Of a DNA stretch of 64,000 nucleotides, positions 61,014 through 64,000 are shown in pieces. The notes beneath the pieces were generated by a model that worked only from the letters and a program-made list of their open reading frames with translations, was not told where the DNA came from and did no database searches. The stretch covers positions 2,870 through 66,869 of the forward strand of contig CAYOSQ010000010.1 in assembly GCA_964406665.1 (NCBI GenBank). Direction: 5' to 3'. Made by a program: the position numbers and the translations under genes. The DNA is from an uncultured Planctomycetia bacterium (GTDB lineage: Bacteria; Omnitrophota; Gorgyraeia; VGKH01; JBHPFN01). Position 1 is the first letter of the stretch. Each line of letters opens with the position of its first letter.

Positions 61014-62177
61014 TTATTTAAAAGCTCTTTTGATTTTATCAGTAAAAGAAGCGCTGTCAACTTCTTCACCGCTTACCTGAGCAAATTCTTCAAGAATTTT
61101 CTTCTGCTTTGATGTTAAACTCGTCGGGACTCTTACCTTTACCACAACAAATTCATCACCCTTACTATAACCTCGCAAATCAGGCATGCCTTTTCCGCGG
61201 ATCCTAAAAACTTTCCCGCTCTGAGTTCCAGCAGGGACTTTCATCTTTACTTTTCCCTCTAGGGTAGGAACTTCAATTTCTCCTCCTAAAGATGCCTTAG
61301 TAAAACTTATCATGCTTTCTATATATAAATCGCTGCCATCTCTTTTAAAAGCTTGATGGGGCTTAACGCCAATCAAAACATAAAGATCACCCTTGCCAGC
61401 AACGCCCACCTCACCCTCTGCTCTAATGCGCAGATGGGAATTACTGTCAACTCCCGGAGGAATCTTAACTTGAATTTTTCGTGTTACCTTATTTCTTCCC
61501 TGTCCATTACATTTAACACAAGGTTGTGTTACTACGGTTCCCTCGCCTGAACACTGAGGACATGTTTGAGACATCCTGAAAAAGCCACTGGAAAGCAAAA
61601 CTTGTCCTTGGCCTTTACACTGAGAACACTTTGATCTTTTAGTACCCGGCTTGGCTCCAGAACCACTACATGTATTACATGTTTCATATCGAGGAACTTT
61701 CAAAGTCTTTTCAATGCCGGAGAATGCCTCTTCCAAGGTAATGTCAACCTCAATCTGAATATCTCTGCCTCTTTGCCTACGAGAAGAACCAGCTCTTCTT
61801 CCTCCGCCAAAAATATCAAAACCTAAATCAGAGAAAATATCATCGAAAGATCCGCCGCCGAAACCAAAACCACGTAAGATATCAGAAAAATCAGCGCCGC
61901 GGAAAATATCTTCGTGTGTATATTGTTGATCGATACCGGCATGACCATACTGATCATATAATGCACGTTTCTTTGAATCAGATAAAACAGCATATGCCTC
62001 GGAGATTTCCTTAAATTTTTCCTCAGCTTCTTTTTTCTTATCTGCAGGAACCCTATCTGGATGATGCTGTAAAGCTAAAGATCGATATGCTTTTTTTATC
62101 TTATCCAGCGGATCGCTTTTTTCAACACCTAGGATTTCGTAATAATCACGCTTCATTGTTTGAGTTCTTTCTGGCAT
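61014..62177 (-). CDS. dnaJ: Molecular chaperone DnaJ
   Basis: J-domain DYYEILGV...HPDR. Gly-rich linker. Four CxxCxGxG repeats. Likely true start MKRDYYEIL at ~62156. Confidence 0.9.
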   Translation of the reverse strand: MPERTQTMKRDYYEILGVEKSDPLDKIKKAYRSLALQHHPDRVPADKKKEAEEKFKEISEAYAVLSDSKKRALYDQYGHAGIDQQYTHEDIFRGADFSDILRGFGFGGGSFDDIFSDLGFDIFGGGRRAGSSRRQRGRDIQIEVDITLEEAFSGIEKTLKVPRYETCNTCSGSGAKPGTKRSKCSQCKGQGQVLLSSGFFRMSQTCPQCSGEGTVVTQPCVKCNGQGRNKVTRKIQVKIPPGVDSNSHLRIRAEGEVGVAGKGDLYVLIGVKPHQAFKRDGSDLYIESMISFTKASLGGEIEVPTLEGKVKMKVPAGTQSGKVFRIRGKGMPDLRGYSKGDEFVVVKVRVPTSLTSKQKKILEEFAQVSGEEVDSASFTDKIKRAFK

Positions 62178-62199
62178 CGTCGGCTAAACAAAAATACTT

Positions 62200-64000
62200 T
62201 TACTTCTTATCTTCGTCTTCTACCTTATATTCTGCATCAACAACATCCTCATTCTTTTTAGAGTCAGCTTTTGGTTCTTCTTGCTTTTGACCTTCAGCTT
62301 GTTGACCTGGTTGCTGTTGTTGAGCTTGCTGCTTTGCACTAGAAGCCTTATACATCTCTTCTGCTAATTTATGAGCTGCCTTAGATAAATCTTCCATACC
62401 TTTCTTTATCTTATCAGCATCTTTTGTCTTTACTGTTTCTTTTAATTCTTTCAACTTTGATTCAATGCTTTCTTTATCTTCAGCTGATACCTTATCACCA
62501 AAATCCTTCAAGGATTTCTCAGTTGAATAAATTAAACTATCCGCCTGATTACATACCTCTACTTCTTCTTTTCTCTTCTTATCTTCGGCAGCGTATTGTT
62601 CTGCCTCTTTAACCATCTTATCAATATCTTCTTTATTAAGCTTCTTAGGTGCGGTAATCTTAATTGACTGCTCCTTACCGGTTCCTAGATCTTTAGCCGA
62701 AACATGAACGATTCCGTCGGCATCAATATCAAAAGAAACTTCTACTTGCGGTACTCCGCGTGGCGCTGCAGGAATCCCAATTAAATCAAACCTGCCTAAT
62801 TCAACATTATCATTGGCCATTTTACGTTCACCCTGCAAGACCCTCACAGTTACGGCTGTCTGATTGTCTGCTGCGGTAGAAAACACCTGAGACTTTTTTG
62901 TCGGTATAGTAGTATTTCTCTCAATTAAATTCGTACAAACCCCACCTAATGTTTCTATACCTAAAGATAAAGGAGTAACGTCCAAAAGTAGAACTTCTTT
63001 TGCATCACCTTTGATAATTGCCGCCTGAATAGCTGCTCCCATAGAAACGCATTCCATAGGGTCAACTCCACGCTCAATCTTTTTACCGACTTCTTTTTCA
63101 ACAAACTGCTGAACTACCGGCATTTTTGTTGGACCGCCGACCAAAATTACCTTATCAATTTTATCAGCATCTAATCCAGCATCTTTTATCGCCTGATGCA
63201 TTGGATCGCTACATTTTTCAACAATAGGACCGATTAACTCCTCAAGCTTTGCCCTGGCAATGCTCATGGTTAAATGCTTAGGTCCTGTTGCATCGGCTGT
63301 GATAAACGGAAGATTGACATCAGTTGTAATTGTGCTAGAAAGTTCAATTTTAGCTTTTTCTGCTGCTTCGCGCAGACGCTGAATCGCCATTTTATCATTC
63401 CTTAAATCTATTCCGGAGTCTGTTTTAAATTGATCAGCGATATATTCAATTATTACATTGTCCATATCGGTTCCGCCTAAAAAGGTATCTCCTGAAGTTG
63501 ACAATACCTCGAAAGTTGCAGCTTTAGTTGCATCATCCCAGCCCATTTCTAAAATAGTAACATCCAGAGTTCCACCACCAAAATCGAAAACCATGATCTT
63601 CTGCTCTTTACCAGCTTTATCTAAACCGTATGCAAGACAAGCCGCAGTCGGCTCATTGATAATTCTTAAAACTTTAAGACCAGCAATTTCTCCAGCATCT
63701 CTTGTTGCTTGTCTTTGATTATCATCAAAATAAGCCGGGCAGGTAATGACTACCTCTTCAATCTTATCACCTAAATAAGCTTCTGCGTCATTTTTTACTT
63801 TCTGCAAGATAAAAGCAGATATCTGTTGAGGGCTGAATTCTTTGCCAGATATCTTGAATTTGAAATCAGTACCCATCTTTCGCTTTGCCGCCTGGATAGT
63901 ACCCTCAGGATTAACTGAAGCTTGTCTGCGTGCAGGCTCTCCGACTAAAAGCTGTTCGTCTTTACCAAATGCAACATAAGACGGAAAAGCCTTACCACTT
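62200..64000 (-). CDS. dnaK: Molecular chaperone DnaK (N-terminus beyond window end)
   Basis: The frame stays open upstream of the listed Met through 64000 (…[41 protein letters not shown]…). DnaK hallmark motifs (DLGGGTFD-like [25 protein letters not shown]) are present. Confidence 0.9.
   Translation of the reverse strand, partial: SGKAFPSYVAFGKDEQLLVGEPARRQASVNPEGTIQAAKRKMGTDFKFKISGKEFSPQQISAFILQKVKNDAEAYLGDKIEEVVITCPAYFDDNQRQATRDAGEIAGLKVLRIINEPTAACLAYGLDKAGKEQKIMVFDFGGGTLDVTILEMGWDDATKAATFEVLSTSGDTFLGGTDMDNVIIEYIADQFKTDSGIDLRNDKMAIQRLREAAEKAKIELSSTITTDVNLPFITADATGPKHLTMSIARAKLEELIGPIVEKCSDPMHQAIKDAGLDADKIDKVILVGGPTKMPVVQQFVEKEVGKKIERGVDPMECVSMGAAIQAAIIKGDAKEVLLLDVTPLSLGIETLGGVCTNLIERNTTIPTKKSQVFSTAADNQTAVTVRVLQGERKMANDNVELGRFDLIGIPAAPRGVPQVEVSFDIDADGIVHVSAKDLGTGKEQSIKITAPKKLNKEDIDKMVKEAEQYAAEDKKRKEEVEVCNQADSLIYSTEKSLKDFGDKVSAEDKESIESKLKELKETVKTKDADKIKKGMEDLSKAAHKLAEEMYKASSAKQQAQQQQPGQQAEGQKQEEPKADSKKNEDVVDAEYKVEDEDKK

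Noticed and set aside
62200-62330. Highly charged Lys/Glu/Gln-rich C-terminal tail of DnaK
   Set aside because: Acidic or charged C-terminal tails ending near EEVD-like sequences are normal for Hsp70. It is not a separate feature.
120-63718. All plus-strand ORFs in the track (e.g. 120-347, 708-896, 5972-6154, 6949-7194, 23718-24170, 28223-28489, 32759-33079, 53134-53580)
   Set aside because: Each lies antisense within a longer, motif-supported minus-strand gene. Their translations are low-complexity, Ile/Leu/Phe/Ser-rich, as expected from reverse-frame reading of AT-rich coding DNA. None has an RBS context or a recognisable domain.
1-64000. CRISPR arrays, tandem DNA repeats, IS elements/transposases, integrases, tRNA or rRNA genes
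   Set aside because: Scanning by eye found no direct-repeat/spacer periodicity, no transposase or integrase-like ORF, and no non-coding stretch long enough for an rRNA. Every gap is under 90 bp, and none of the gaps shows tRNA-like cloverleaf signatures.

Overview
The window is AT-rich (roughly 30% GC by eye) and reads as a bacterial, probably diderm (LptD present), genomic segment in which every confidently called gene (53 in total) lies on the minus strand. Positions 1 to about 51.4 kb form one tightly packed co-directional run of ~42 genes. Many stop and start codons overlap by 4 to 60 nt, and the largest intergenic gap is under 90 bp. The run encodes a very large glycan-modification locus. 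It contains at least 9 glycosyltransferases (six GT2, three GT1, one fused to a methyltransferase). It contains a full nucleotide-sugar toolkit: Ugd + UXS for UDP-Xyl, a TviB/TviC-like pair for UDP-HexNAcA, WecB, two further dehydrogenase/epimerase genes, a Gfo/Idh/MocA oxidoreductase, a NeuD/PglD-like acetyltransferase, and a NodU/CmcH-like carbamoyltransferase. It also has a Wzx flippase, three large polytopic GT-C-like membrane proteins, five SAM methyltransferase domains, seven paralogous B12-binding radical-SAM enzymes and one SPASM-type radical SAM. Seven class-B radical SAMs inside a sugar locus is unusual, and the cluster is the main candidate for a previously undescribed system, most plausibly a heavily C-methylated or otherwise radically tailored surface glycan or glycoconjugate. 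The 5' distal end of the run carries an HprK-like P-loop kinase and an NTP_transf_5-like nucleotidyltransferase flanking two GTs and a B12-rSAM, a RiPP-like accessory pattern. Downstream (higher coordinates) are housekeeping genes: lptD, a transaldolase/Fsa-family gene, a ROK glucokinase, two tandem GGDEF cyclases, a MalK-like ABC ATPase, accD, DUF1015, an FmdB zinc ribbon, dnaJ, and dnaK (partial at the window edge). No rRNA, tRNA, CRISPR array or transposase was seen. Note that the ORF track uses TTG/GTG as well as ATG starts, so several true starts are probably a few codons inside the listed ORFs. All functional calls rest on motif recognition by eye, not on database searches.
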